Assembly (NCBI RefSeq): GCF_013004595.1
Contig: NZ_JABEMC010000003.1
Span: forward strand, 310,001-374,000
Origin: Brevibacterium luteolum
GTDB lineage: Bacteria; Actinomycetota; Actinomycetes; Actinomycetales; Brevibacteriaceae
Length of the DNA stretch: 64,000 bases
Direction of reading: 5' to 3'
A program made the position numbers and the translations under genes. Below, in pieces: positions 38,765 to 48,524 of this stretch (positions are counted from its first letter, which is position 1; the number at the start of each line of letters is the position of its first letter). A model generated the notes under the pieces. That model ran no database searches and was not told the origin of the DNA. It was given only the letters and a program-made list of their open reading frames with translations.

Positions 38765-40075
38765 TCAGCCGCGGGCGGCGGCGAATCCCTTCTCCAGATC
38801 GGCGATGATGTCATCGATGCCCTCGATGCCGACGGCCAGGCGGACGAAGGCCGGGCTGACTCCGGCGGCGCGCTGGGCGTCCTCGTCGAGCTGCGCATGC
38901 GTCGTCGAGGCCGGGTGGATGACCAGCGAGCGGACATCGCCGATGTTGGCGACATGCGAGTGCAGCTCGAGGGCGTCGACGAACTTCACAGCAGCGTCGT
39001 AGCCGTCTGCGATCTCGAAGCCGAGCACGGAGCCGACACCCTTAGGCAGGTACTTCTGGCCGAGCTCGTACCACGGGCTTGAGGGCAGGCCGGCGAAGTG
39101 GACCTTGTCGACCTGGGCGTGGCTCTCCAGGAACTCAGCGACCCGCTGGGCATTGGCAACATGGCGTTCGATGCGCAGGCTGAGGGTCTCCAGGCCCTGG
39201 GCGATGAGGAAGGCGTTGAACGGCGAGGCGGCCGGTCCGAGATCGCGCAGCAGCTGCACGCGGGCCTTGATGCCATAGGAGACGTTCGCGCCGAACGCCG
39301 AATCCGGGCCGAGGTCGCGGGCGTAGACGAGACCGTTGTAGGAGTCGTCGGGCTGGTTGAAGCCGGGGAAGCGCTCAGGCTCGGCACTGTAGTCGAAGTT
39401 GCCGCTGTCGACGATGATCCCGGCGATCGAGGTGCCGTGGCCGCCGAGGTACTTCGTCGCTGAGTGGATGACGACATCAGCACCGTGCTCGATCGGGCGG
39501 ACGAGGTAAGGAGTCGCGAGGGTGTTGTCGATGATGAGCGGCACCCCGGCGGCGTGCGCGGTCTCTGCCACCGCGGCGATGTCGAGGACGTCGGAGCGGG
39601 GGTTGGCCACGGATTCGGCGAAGAACAGCTTGGTGTTGGGTTTGACGGCTGCCTTCCAGGCCTCGACGTCACCGGGATCGGAGACGAAGGTCGTCTCGAT
39701 GCCGAGCTTGCGCAGGGTGACGTCGAGGAGGTTGTAGGTGCCGCCGTACAAGCTGGGGCTGGCCACGACGTGATCGCCGGCTTCAACGATGTTGATGATG
39801 GCCAGGAACTCCGCGGACTGGCCGGAGGCCACGAGCACACCCTGCACGCCGCCCTCGAGGTCGGCGATGCGGTCTTCGACGGCGGCGACCGTCGGGTTGC
39901 CGATGCGGGTGTAGATCGGGCCGAGGTCGGCCAGCGCGAAGCGGTTGGCGGCGGTCTCGGCGCTGTCGAAGACATACGAGGTGGTCTGGTAGATCGGCAG
40001 GGCGCGGGCGCCGGTGGCCGTATCCGGTGACTGTCCGGCGTGGATCTGTCGGGTCTCGAAGCTCAGTTCGCTCAT
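38765..40075 (-). CDS. metY: O-acetylhomoserine/O-acetylserine sulfhydrylase
   Basis: FETRQIHAG, PIYQTTSY, HSATKYLGGHG, ANIGDVRSLVIHPASTTH. Confidence 0.95.
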   Translation of the reverse strand: MSELSFETRQIHAGQSPDTATGARALPIYQTTSYVFDSAETAANRFALADLGPIYTRIGNPTVAAVEDRIADLEGGVQGVLVASGQSAEFLAIINIVEAGDHVVASPSLYGGTYNLLDVTLRKLGIETTFVSDPGDVEAWKAAVKPNTKLFFAESVANPRSDVLDIAAVAETAHAAGVPLIIDNTLATPYLVRPIEHGADVVIHSATKYLGGHGTSIAGIIVDSGNFDYSAEPERFPGFNQPDDSYNGLVYARDLGPDSAFGANVSYGIKARVQLLRDLGPAASPFNAFLIAQGLETLSLRIERHVANAQRVAEFLESHAQVDKVHFAGLPSSPWYELGQKYLPKGVGSVLGFEIADGYDAAVKFVDALELHSHVANIGDVRSLVIHPASTTHAQLDEDAQRAAGVSPAFVRLAVGIEGIDDIIADLEKGFAAARG

Positions 40076-40215
40076 GGGGTGCTCCTTCAAGCTGGTGCAG
40101 GTCGGTTGTGATGTCGTCCACGCTAGGGAGCCGGCCTCACCGGGCGGGCCCCTTTCGTCATCTGTCTGTCACGTGCCGTCACATGACGTCATACAGGGGG
40201 CATGCAGCGCCTGTC

Positions 40216-43200
40216 TCACTGGAAGTTCCGTGACTTCACCGGCATCTTGACGTCGAGTGGGATGAGCTTGTCGGCTGTGACGCTGACGACCGTGCCGGCC
40301 CGCTGCACCCGGCCGCGGATGACGAGGACGTTGTGGCTGTAGGAGATCGGCCGGTAGCGGCGCATGAGTCCTGGTGAGCAGGCGATGTTGAGCATTCCGA
40401 ACTCGTCTTCGAGGTTCATGAACGTCACACCTGAGGCGGTGCCGGGCCGCTGCCGGTGCGTCACCAGCCCGGCGACGGTGATCGTCTGGCCGTCGACGGC
40501 CTGCTGGGCATCGGCGGTCGAGGCGTAGCCGCGTTCGCGCAGCCTGCCGCGCAGCTGCTCGGTCGGGTAGCCGTCGACGGTCAGGCCGGTGGAGAACAGT
40601 TCGGCAAGGGTGATGTCGAAGCTGTTCATGAGCGGCAGAGCCGGGGCCTCGGCGACCGGGGCGGTGCCCGGCAGCATGCCCGGGCCTGACCCGCCCTGGG
40701 AGCCGGCGACCCACAGCGCCTGCCGACGGTCGAGGCCGAAGCAGGCGAACGCGCCTGCGGTGGCGAGGCTTTCGAGCACGGTGACATCGACGCCGGTGCG
40801 CTGGGCGAGGTCCCCGACCGAGGTGAAGGGGCCGTCGGCCTCGCGCGCGGCGACGATCGCCTCGGCAGCGGAATCGGCCCCGCGGACCGTTGAGAGCCCG
40901 ATGCGGACGGCGAACCCGCCAGTCGAATCCGCATCAGCCTCCAGGTCAGCCTGCGCGCTGGAGGCCTGCACATCGACCGGCAAGATCCGCACCCCATGCC
41001 TGCGGGCATCGGCGATGAGCGACTGAGCGGAGTAGAAGCCCATCGGCTGGGCGCGCAGCAGCCCGGCGGTGAACGCGGCATGGTGGTAGCGCTTGAACCA
41101 GGCGGAGTCGTAGACGAGGTTGGCGAAGCTGATCGCGTGGCTTTCGGGGAACCCGTAGTTGGCGAAGGCGGCGATCTTGTCGAAGATCACCTGCGAGGTC
41201 TGCGCATCGACCCCGCGGGCCGCCGCCCCGGCATGGAACCGGTCGGCCAGCTGACGCATCCGCTCCTTCGACCGCTTGGCCCCCATCGCCCGGCGCAGCT
41301 GGTCGGCATCGCCGCCGGAGAACCCGGCAACATCGATGGCCAGCTGCATGAGCTGTTCCTGGAACAGCGGTACCCCCAGCGTCTTCTCCAGTGCCGAGCG
41401 GGTCAGCGGATGCAGGTAGTCCGGGGCTTCGAGTCCCTGCCGGCGGCGGATGTAGGGATGGACCGACCCGCCCTGGATGGGCCCAGGCCGGATGAGTGCG
41501 ACCTGGACGGCCAGATCGTAGAAGCAGCGCGGCAGCATCCGCGGCAGGGTGGCCATCTGGGCGCGGGACTCGACCTGAAAGACGCCGATCGCATCGCCTG
41601 CGCACAGCATGTCGAAGACCTCCGGGTCCTCCTGCGGCAGCAGCGCCCGCTCGATGCGCTCACCGGTGTGGACGGCGATGAGGTCGACCATCTCGTGCAG
41701 GGCGGTGAGCATGCCCAGGCCGAGCAGATCGAACTTCACCAGATCCATATGCGCGCAGTCATCCTTGTCCCACTGCACGACGGTGCGCCGCTCCATCGTC
41801 GCCGGTTCGATCGGCACGACCTCGCCGATCGGCCGGTCGGCTAAGATCATGCCCCCGGAGTGGATGCCCAGGTGGCGGGGTGTGCCGAGCAGCCCGCGGG
41901 CGGCGATGATGACCGGGCCGGGCACCCCCTGCTGACCGCCTGCTCCCCCACTGCTGTCGTCGTCATCGTCGTCTTCGGGCAGCCGCGACCAGCGCTCGAG
42001 TCCTTTGGAGAACGCGTCCTGCTGGCCGGGCTCGTAGCCGAGGGCGGCTGCGGCATCGCGGACGGCGGACTTGGCCCGGTAGGTGATGACATTGGCGACC
42101 TGGGCGGCCCGATCGCGGCCGTAGTGGTCGTAGACGTACTGGATGACCTCCTCGCGGCGGCCGGATTCGATGTCGACGTCGATATCGGGATAGCCCTCGC
42201 GCTCAGGGGCGAGGAACCTGTCGAACAGCAGCCCGAAGCGCACCGCATCGACGGCGGTGATGCCGAGGACGTAGCAGACCGCGGAGTTCGCAGCCGACCC
42301 CCGGCCCTGGCAGAAGATGTCGTTATCCCGGCAGAACCGGGCGATGTCGTAGACGATGAGGAAGTACCCGCAGAAGCCCATCTGCTCGATCGTGGCCAGC
42401 TCGCGATCCAGCAGCTCCCAGGCATCCGGGCGCTGCTCGCGGGTGCCGTAGAGCCTGAGCCCGCCGGCGGTGACGAGCTGACGCAGAAATTCGGCATCGC
42501 TCAGCCCGGCAGGCACGGGTGCCTGCGGCAGACCGGCCCGGGCGGCACGCAGCTCGAAGGCGCAGTCAGCGGCGATCTCGACGGCCGTATCGAGTGCCTC
42601 AGCTGGGAACCGGCCAGCCATCTCCGCCCCGGTGTGGATGCGCTGCAGGGCTGCAGGAGGCAGCCAGCCGGCGACCTCGTCGAGGCTGGAGTTCGCACGC
42701 ACCGCCGCCCGCACCTGCGCATCATGGAACTGCTCCCGGCTGGCATAGTGGACCTGGTTCGTCGCCGCCGTGCGCACCCCAGCCCGCGCAGCGAGTTCGC
42801 ACAGATGGCGGATGCGCTCATCGTCTTCGGGCAGCCCGGTGCGGGTGAGCTCGACGACGAGCCTCTCGCGGCCGAACATCGCCACCAGCCGGCGCAGCCG
42901 GCCCAGTCCGCCGTCGGGATCGCTCAGGTGCGGGATGAGCAGTCCCTTGCGGCAGCCGGTGAGCACATACCAGTCGCCGCCGCCCTGCTCGGCCGCCGCG
43001 GCCAGGCCTTCGAGGTCGATGACCGGTTTGTTCTTCGTCCCGGTCATATGCGCCTGCGTCAGTGTGGCCGAGAGGTGCCGGTAGCCGGGCACCCCGCGGG
43101 CGAGGACGAGGGCGTGGGCGGCCTCCGGGTCGATCTGGCCGGGGATCTTCGCTCTCAAGCCCAGGGAGATCTCCGCCCCGTACACGGTGCCGATCCCCCG

Positions 43201-43539
43201 CCCGGCGGCTGCCTGGGCGAAGCGGGCGGCCCCGTAGAGGCCGTTGTGATCGGTCAGCGCGATCGCCTCGAGCCCGGCGTCGACGGCAGCGTCGATGAGC
43301 TCTTCGGGTTCTGAGGCTCCGTCGAGGAAGCTCATCGTCGAATGCACGTGCAGCTCTGCCCACGGCCGGCCCCGGCGCCGAGGTGGCGCTTGCCTCCCAG
43401 CGTCACCGGCACCTGTCCCACCGGCCCGCAGGTCGGGGGGACGCAGCTGCAGCGGTTCGGGAACCGCCTCGGCGGCGGTGCGGGAGGACAGGCGGCGTTC
43501 GAGCTCCGACCACGGGATCGGCGGATTGCAGTATCCCAT
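40216..43539 (-). CDS. dnaE2: Error-prone DNA polymerase DnaE2
   Basis: PHP domain AELHVHS..SFLDGAS, GRGSAANS, PDIDVD, KFDLLGLGML, C-terminal SRNFQ. Confidence 0.96.
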   Translation of the reverse strand: MGYCNPPIPWSELERRLSSRTAAEAVPEPLQLRPPDLRAGGTGAGDAGRQAPPRRRGRPWAELHVHSTMSFLDGASEPEELIDAAVDAGLEAIALTDHNGLYGAARFAQAAAGRGIGTVYGAEISLGLRAKIPGQIDPEAAHALVLARGVPGYRHLSATLTQAHMTGTKNKPVIDLEGLAAAAEQGGGDWYVLTGCRKGLLIPHLSDPDGGLGRLRRLVAMFGRERLVVELTRTGLPEDDERIRHLCELAARAGVRTAATNQVHYASREQFHDAQVRAAVRANSSLDEVAGWLPPAALQRIHTGAEMAGRFPAEALDTAVEIAADCAFELRAARAGLPQAPVPAGLSDAEFLRQLVTAGGLRLYGTREQRPDAWELLDRELATIEQMGFCGYFLIVYDIARFCRDNDIFCQGRGSAANSAVCYVLGITAVDAVRFGLLFDRFLAPEREGYPDIDVDIESGRREEVIQYVYDHYGRDRAAQVANVITYRAKSAVRDAAAALGYEPGQQDAFSKGLERWSRLPEDDDDDDSSGGAGGQQGVPGPVIIAARGLLGTPRHLGIHSGGMILADRPIGEVVPIEPATMERRTVVQWDKDDCAHMDLVKFDLLGLGMLTALHEMVDLIAVHTGERIERALLPQEDPEVFDMLCAGDAIGVFQVESRAQMATLPRMLPRCFYDLAVQVALIRPGPIQGGSVHPYIRRRQGLEAPDYLHPLTRSALEKTLGVPLFQEQLMQLAIDVAGFSGGDADQLRRAMGAKRSKERMRQLADRFHAGAAARGVDAQTSQVIFDKIAAFANYGFPESHAISFANLVYDSAWFKRYHHAAFTAGLLRAQPMGFYSAQSLIADARRHGVRILPVDVQASSAQADLEADADSTGGFAVRIGLSTVRGADSAAEAIVAAREADGPFTSVGDLAQRTGVDVTVLESLATAGAFACFGLDRRQALWVAGSQGGSGPGMLPGTAPVAEAPALPLMNSFDITLAELFSTGLTVDGYPTEQLRGRLRERGYASTADAQQAVDGQTITVAGLVTHRQRPGTASGVTFMNLEDEFGMLNIACSPGLMRRYRPISYSHNVLVIRGRVQRAGTVVSVTADKLIPLDVKMPVKSRNFQ

Positions 43540-43551
43540 CAGGTCCTCCTT

Positions 43552-45123
43552 CTAGGCGTAGCGTCCGGTGATGTGCCAGCGGCCGTGCTCCTTGCACAGC
43601 AGGAAGGCCTGCCCGCAGTCGGTGAGGACCTGCAGCCGCACTCGGTACTGGGCCCGGGCCGGATCCCACCAGCCGGCCTCGACCGGCCAGGCCGAGGAGT
43701 GATCGACGATGCTGAACTCGGCGCCGGACTCCAGCCGTAGGAGCACCGGGGTGCTGTCGAGCCCGCTGGGCCGGGCGATGACGCTCATCCCCTGCCGATC
43801 GAGCAGCTCGACAGGCGCGCGGTCGACGATCATCGGGTGCGGGGCCGGCAGCCGGCCCGGCCACGGGGCCGACGCGCTGCGCTCAGGGCGGGGCTGCTGC
43901 TGCCACGGCGTCCACAGATTCGTCTCCGCAGGCTCCCGGCCGCCCTGCAGCTGGGGCACGCGCACCGCCTCGGGCCCGTAGAGGCCCTGCAGCCGCTCCA
44001 GGGTGTGGGTGACATAGCCCGAGCGCTGGGCGAACAGCGAGGTGTGGGCCTCCAGCGGGGCGAGCAGCTCAGCCGCGGTCAGCGCCAGCGCGCAGACACC
44101 ATCGGCTTCCGCCAGCCCCTCATCGACCGGTTCGGCAGCGGCGGGTGCTGACTGTCCGGCCAGCCAGCCTTCGGCCTGCCAGCGCACCCGGTCGGCGACG
44201 AGGTTCTCGTCCATGAGCTCCAGCCGCCAGGTCCGCTGGCTGCGCTGCCCGCCGGCGGCGACGAGCTCGATCGTCAGGCTCGGGCACACGAGCCCGGCTG
44301 ACCGGATCCCGGTGAACAGCTCAGCGGCAGCGGCACGGGCGTGGAAGGACAGCTCGTCGCCGCGTGTGCTCGGTGGGCTGATCGGCACCTCGATGAGGTG
44401 CTCGCGCTGGCGGACGTGGTCGACCGGCCGGTGGACCGGCAGCCCGCGGGCCAGTCGGTGGGCCTGCACGCCGAGGGTGCCGAAGCGGGTGCGCATCTGC
44501 CCTTCGCTCAGCTGCGCCAGCGCCCCGAGGGTGTCGAGTCCGAGGCGTTCGAAGACGGTGACGAGCTCACCGTAGGTGTGGGCATCGGCATAGGCCAGCG
44601 CGGTCGTCGGCTGGGTGGCGAGGAAGTCGGCGGTCTGCCCGGGCAGCACCCGGGTGGCGGTGCGGGCGGCGAGCATCGCGGCGAAGACCGAATCGGCGAT
44701 GCCGGCGAAGAACTCCCAGCCGGTGGCGTCGGTGACGGTGGTGAGCAGCTCCTCGACCGCGGCGTCCTCACTGGGGTAGGTGCGCGCGAGTGCGGTCAGC
44801 GGGATGCTCACCTCCCCCGGGGCGAGCACGGTGAAGCGGGCGAGGCTGGTTTCGAGCACATCGAGGCCGGTGGCGAAGATCCGCTGGTCGAGGTCCTCGT
44901 CCCAGCCGGTGATGCGCACCTGCGGGCAGCGCAGCTGAGCGGCGCGCTTGTTGATCCCGGTGGTGATGCCGACGGCCCGGGCGGCGGCATTGCAGGAGAC
45001 GATCCGCCCGCCGCGCAGCACGGCGACCGGTTCGTGGGCCGCCCAGCCGTGCGCTTCGGCTGCAGCGGTCGCCGACCAGTCCGGGACCGTGAGCACGAGG
45101 GTCCGCTGGGTCTCAGCCGGCAC
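43552..45123 (-). CDS. imuB: Y-family polymerase-like protein ImuB
   Basis: PDW, CNAAARAVGI, DRVRWQ, WPGRLPAPHP, WPVEAGWWD; sits between imuA and dnaE2. Confidence 0.88.
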   Translation of the reverse strand: MPAETQRTLVLTVPDWSATAAAEAHGWAAHEPVAVLRGGRIVSCNAAARAVGITTGINKRAAQLRCPQVRITGWDEDLDQRIFATGLDVLETSLARFTVLAPGEVSIPLTALARTYPSEDAAVEELLTTVTDATGWEFFAGIADSVFAAMLAARTATRVLPGQTADFLATQPTTALAYADAHTYGELVTVFERLGLDTLGALAQLSEGQMRTRFGTLGVQAHRLARGLPVHRPVDHVRQREHLIEVPISPPSTRGDELSFHARAAAAELFTGIRSAGLVCPSLTIELVAAGGQRSQRTWRLELMDENLVADRVRWQAEGWLAGQSAPAAAEPVDEGLAEADGVCALALTAAELLAPLEAHTSLFAQRSGYVTHTLERLQGLYGPEAVRVPQLQGGREPAETNLWTPWQQQPRPERSASAPWPGRLPAPHPMIVDRAPVELLDRQGMSVIARPSGLDSTPVLLRLESGAEFSIVDHSSAWPVEAGWWDPARAQYRVRLQVLTDCGQAFLLCKEHGRWHITGRYA

Positions 45124-45844
45124 CGTCGATCACCTGGATCTGCGGGTGTGCCGGCCGGCTGGCCACAGCCTCCGCGCCCGAGGCGGTGGGCAGCTGCTGC
45201 ACGCTGGGTGCACCGGGGGTGAGCGGCCAGGTGAGCAGATGCTCGCCGGTGCGCGGATGCCGCACCCGTACGGTGCAGGCCCGCAGCCGTCCGGTGCCTG
45301 CGTGCAGGCCGTCCCAGCCGGCGACGGAGACCTCGCAGCTTTCGCTGCTGCCGGGCATCGGGCCGAGGGCGATGAGGCTGGCGCGGCGTTCGCGAACCTT
45401 GGCGGCTAAGCGCTGACGCTCCTGTGGACTCGGGGCAGCCGGCGGGGCGATGATGAGCAGATCGAAGGTCTCCAGCAGGATCGACACGACCCGCTGCCAG
45501 TCCGCAGGCGGGGTGCGCACATGCACGAAGTGCTCCAGGTCGATGCCGAGCTCAGCCAGTCCGGCGACCGCCAGCTCCGGGGTGTCGACGGCTGCGCACC
45601 AGTGCTGTTCGCGGGTGGACTTCGCTGCAGCCGCACACGCGAAGGACAGCGCGAGCGTGCCGGTGACGCTGAGGATCTCCCCGCGCGGCAGTCCACCGCG
45701 GGTGAAGACCGGGGCCAGCATGCCGTCCACAGGCAGCGGTTCGGGACCGGTGAAGAGCTCGCGCGCAGTCGTGACACCCGGGAGACGGCTGAGCTGCTCT
45801 CTCAGCGTCTGCGGGTCGGCGGCGACGGCATGGTGGACGGACAT
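45113..45844 (-). CDS. imuA: RecA-like ImuA' protein
   Basis: LPV...GGLPRG, WCAAV, RLAAKVRER, GLHAGTGRLR; start placed downstream of the LexA box and -10. Confidence 0.8.
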   Translation of the reverse strand: MSVHHAVAADPQTLREQLSRLPGVTTARELFTGPEPLPVDGMLAPVFTRGGLPRGEILSVTGTLALSFACAAAAKSTREQHWCAAVDTPELAVAGLAELGIDLEHFVHVRTPPADWQRVVSILLETFDLLIIAPPAAPSPQERQRLAAKVRERRASLIALGPMPGSSESCEVSVAGWDGLHAGTGRLRACTVRVRHPRTGEHLLTWPLTPGAPSVQQLPTASGAEAVASRPAHPQIQVIDGAG

Positions 45845-45851
45845 ACCCATA

Positions 45852-45871
45852 ACTATAGAACACCTATTCGA
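45852..45871 (-). promoter_or_regulatory. LexA (SOS) box overlapping the -10 element of imuA
   Basis: Minus strand TCGAATAGGTGTTCTA versus consensus TCGAAC-N4-GTTCGA; TATAGT 7 nt upstream of ATG. Confidence 0.8.
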
Positions 45872-45937
45872 ATGTGAGCAATGCTGTTCGAACGGGTGCA
45901 CAGCACCGGCCTGCTGAGCCGCTAAGCTTAGAACGCC

Positions 45938-46441
45938 ATGAACATCGACATCGTCTTCCACACCCCGGAGATCCCGGGAAACACGGGAAACGCCATCCGC
46001 CTGGCAGCGGTCACCGGAGCGCATCTGCACCTGGTCGAACCCCTCGGATTCGACCTCTCCGATGCCAAGCTGCGCCGGGCCGGACTCGACTACCACGACC
46101 TCGCGCACGTCACCGTCCACCCGGATCTCGCGCACCTGTGGGAGCACCTCGGCGACCGCCGGGTCATCGCCTTCACCACGCACGCACAGACCGGTTTCGG
46201 TGAGATCGCCTACACTGACGGCGATGTGCTCCTGTTCGGCAAGGAGTCGACCGGCCTCGATGACGATGTGCTGGCCGATCCGCATATCGCACAGCAGGTC
46301 AGAATCCCGATGCTGCCGGCGCGCCGGTCGCTCAACCTGGCGAACTCGGCTTCGATTGCGATGTACGAGGCATGGAGACAGCACGAATACGCCGGAGCCG
46401 CCATGGCAGGGGCTGCGGCCGATGGAAAGGAACCCCAATGA
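45938..46441 (+). CDS. trmL: tRNA (cytidine34-2'-O)-methyltransferase
   Basis: PEIPGNTGNAIRL, LRRAGLDY, FGKESTGL, RSLNLANS. Confidence 0.93.
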   Translation: MNIDIVFHTPEIPGNTGNAIRLAAVTGAHLHLVEPLGFDLSDAKLRRAGLDYHDLAHVTVHPDLAHLWEHLGDRRVIAFTTHAQTGFGEIAYTDGDVLLFGKESTGLDDDVLADPHIAQQVRIPMLPARRSLNLANSASIAMYEAWRQHEYAGAAMAGAAADGKEPQ

Positions 46442-47265
46442 CAGCACCTCGCGGCCTGACGGTGGCCGGACTCGATGTCTCCGGCGGCGCCGGCCTCGGC
46501 GCCGATATGAAGATGTTCGAGGAGTACGGCGTCTTCAGCGCAGCGGTCATCACCTGCGTGGTGACCTTCGATCCGGACAACGGCTTCTACCACTCCGCTG
46601 AGTTCCAGGACGCCGACTTCATCCGCCAGCAGCTCGACTCGACCCTGACGATCCACGACTACGACGTCATCAAGTCCGGCATGGTCGGCTCCGTCGACTC
46701 CGCCCTCGTGCTCGCCGACCGGCTGAAGAACAACCACCTGCCCTACGTCTTCGATCCCGTGCTCGTGTGCAAGGGAACGGGCTCGATGGTCGACCTCAAG
46801 GACCTGTTCATCGAGAACCTCGTGCCCCTGGCCACCGTCATCACCCCGAACCTCGAAGAGGCCGCAACCCTCGTCGGGGCCGCCGAGCTTACGAACGTCG
46901 ATGAGATGGCAGAGGCGGCCAAGGCGATCCACGCGATGGGCGCTGACAACGTCGTCGTCAAGGGCGGGGCGCGTCTGGACACCGACGAGGCCATCGACGT
47001 CCTCTACGACGGGCAGACCCTGACGACCTTCAGCAGCAAGAAGATCACCAACGACCTCGTCAACGGTGCCGGCTGCTCCTTCGCCGCAGCGATCGCCGCT
47101 GGCCTGGCGACCGGCTTGTCCGTGCCCGAGGCGGTGCGCAAGTCCAAGGAGACCGTCGCCCACGGCATCGGTGCCGCCGTTCCGAACGCCACCGGCGTCG
47201 GCTCACTGCTGCACCCGGCCGCCCGCTGCTACCGGCATGAGGGCATCGTCGTCGAACAGCACTGA
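46438..47265 (+). CDS. PfkB-family HMP/pyridoxal kinase (ThiD/PdxK-like)
   Basis: TVAGLDVSGGAGLGAD, DPVLVCKG, ITPNLEEA, VKGG, GAGCSFAAA. Confidence 0.85.
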   Translation: MTAPRGLTVAGLDVSGGAGLGADMKMFEEYGVFSAAVITCVVTFDPDNGFYHSAEFQDADFIRQQLDSTLTIHDYDVIKSGMVGSVDSALVLADRLKNNHLPYVFDPVLVCKGTGSMVDLKDLFIENLVPLATVITPNLEEAATLVGAAELTNVDEMAEAAKAIHAMGADNVVVKGGARLDTDEAIDVLYDGQTLTTFSSKKITNDLVNGAGCSFAAAIAAGLATGLSVPEAVRKSKETVAHGIGAAVPNATGVGSLLHPAARCYRHEGIVVEQH

Positions 47266-47296
47266 GTTAGTAAAAACTCTATAAAGCACTGCAAAG

Positions 47297-47325
47297 GGCG
47301 GGCCGTCAGTCACTGACGGCCCGCC
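47297..47325. terminator. Near-perfect inverted repeat downstream of the kinase
   Basis: GGCGGGCCGTCAGT-C-ACTGACGGCCCGCC. Confidence 0.6.
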
Positions 47326-47463
47326 TTGCGCATGCCTGCCGGCTCCCAGCCCGGCTGAAAGCCTCTGAAAACACTTCTGGCCCGTGACAGATCGTCACGA
47401 GCCAGAAGTCTGCGGCGCAATCGCCGGGGTGCTGCAGGATGCGCGTTGAAGCGCATCGCGCAC

Positions 47464-47721
47464 TCAGCGGCGCTTGCCGAAGCCCTTGTAGCGGTCCTTG
47501 AACTTCTCCACGCGGCCGGCGGAGTCGAGGATGCGCTGCTTGCCGGTGTAGAACGGGTGCGAGGCCGAGGAGATCTCGACGTCGATGAGCGGGTAGGTGT
47601 TGCCGTCTTCCCACTCGATGGTCTTCTCGCTCTCAACGGTGGAGCGAGTGACGAACTTGGTGCCCGAGGCAAGGTCGTTGAAGACGACCGTGCGGTACTC
47701 CGGGTGGATGTCCTTCTTCAT
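47464..47721 (-). CDS. rpmE2: 50S ribosomal protein L31 type B
   Basis: [29 protein letters not shown]; no Zn-binding cysteines. Confidence 0.96.
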   Translation of the reverse strand: MKKDIHPEYRTVVFNDLASGTKFVTRSTVESEKTIEWEDGNTYPLIDVEISSASHPFYTGKQRILDSAGRVEKFKDRYKGFGKRR

Positions 47722-47929
47722 GAAATGTCCTTTGTTTGAATTCGTCAGGGCGCCTGATGCGGAAGCCTCCCCCGCCTGCCAGTGCCCAAATTCACGTGCG
47801 ACTCCGAAATGAGCCACCAGCCAACTATACAGGTCGCGGCCACCGGACGCGATTCGGCCCCGCAGAAGCAGGGTGTCCGCACTGCGGTCGGCGATCCGGC
47901 CCCCGCCGGCGGTGTGCTGTCATGAAGCC

Positions 47930-48493
47930 ATGTCATCCTGGACGATCCTCTCCCATGCCCCTGCCCCCGTCGAGACGGTTCCAGCCCGCGAGCACCCCGA
48001 GCTGCTCGCCGCTCCCACCGCCGAGGCGGTGGCCGGGTTCCCGGCCGAGCATCCGGTCGACGTGTTCGCCATCGATCCGGACCTGGCTGACACTGCCGCG
48101 CTGACCGAAGCATATGGGCTCAAGGACCAGCATTCGGCCAACTGCGTCATCGTCGCAGGTTCCCGGGCCGGTGAGGAGCGCATCGCCGCTTGCATGGTCC
48201 TCGCCCACACTCGCGCTGATGTCAACAAGCGGGTGCGCAAGCTGCTCGATGTGCGCAAGGCCTCGTTCATGGACCAGGAGCGGGCGTGTGCCGAATCGGG
48301 TATGGAGTACGGCGGCATCGGACCCTTCGGTCTGCCGGCCGGCTACCGGATCCTCATCGACTCACGCATCGTCACCGAACCCGAGGTGGTGATCGGCTCG
48401 GGCATCCGCGGCTCGAAGATCATCCTCTCCGGTGAAACACTGGCAGCAATCCCCGGCGCCGAGGTGGTCGAGGACCTCGCGATCGAGGTCTGA
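47930..48493 (+). CDS. YbaK/EbsC aminoacyl-tRNA editing family protein
   Basis: IDPDLADTA, SANCVIV, GMEYGGIGP, GSGIRGSK. Confidence 0.88.
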   Translation: MSSWTILSHAPAPVETVPAREHPELLAAPTAEAVAGFPAEHPVDVFAIDPDLADTAALTEAYGLKDQHSANCVIVAGSRAGEERIAACMVLAHTRADVNKRVRKLLDVRKASFMDQERACAESGMEYGGIGPFGLPAGYRILIDSRIVTEPEVVIGSGIRGSKIILSGETLAAIPGAEVVEDLAIEV

Positions 48494-48524
48494 CCACCCG
48501 CGGCAAGCCGGGCTCCGCGGGAGC

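Noticed and set aside
40076..40215. SAM-IV or other riboswitch upstream of metY
   Set aside because: The characteristic conserved SAM riboswitch core sequences were not recognisable.
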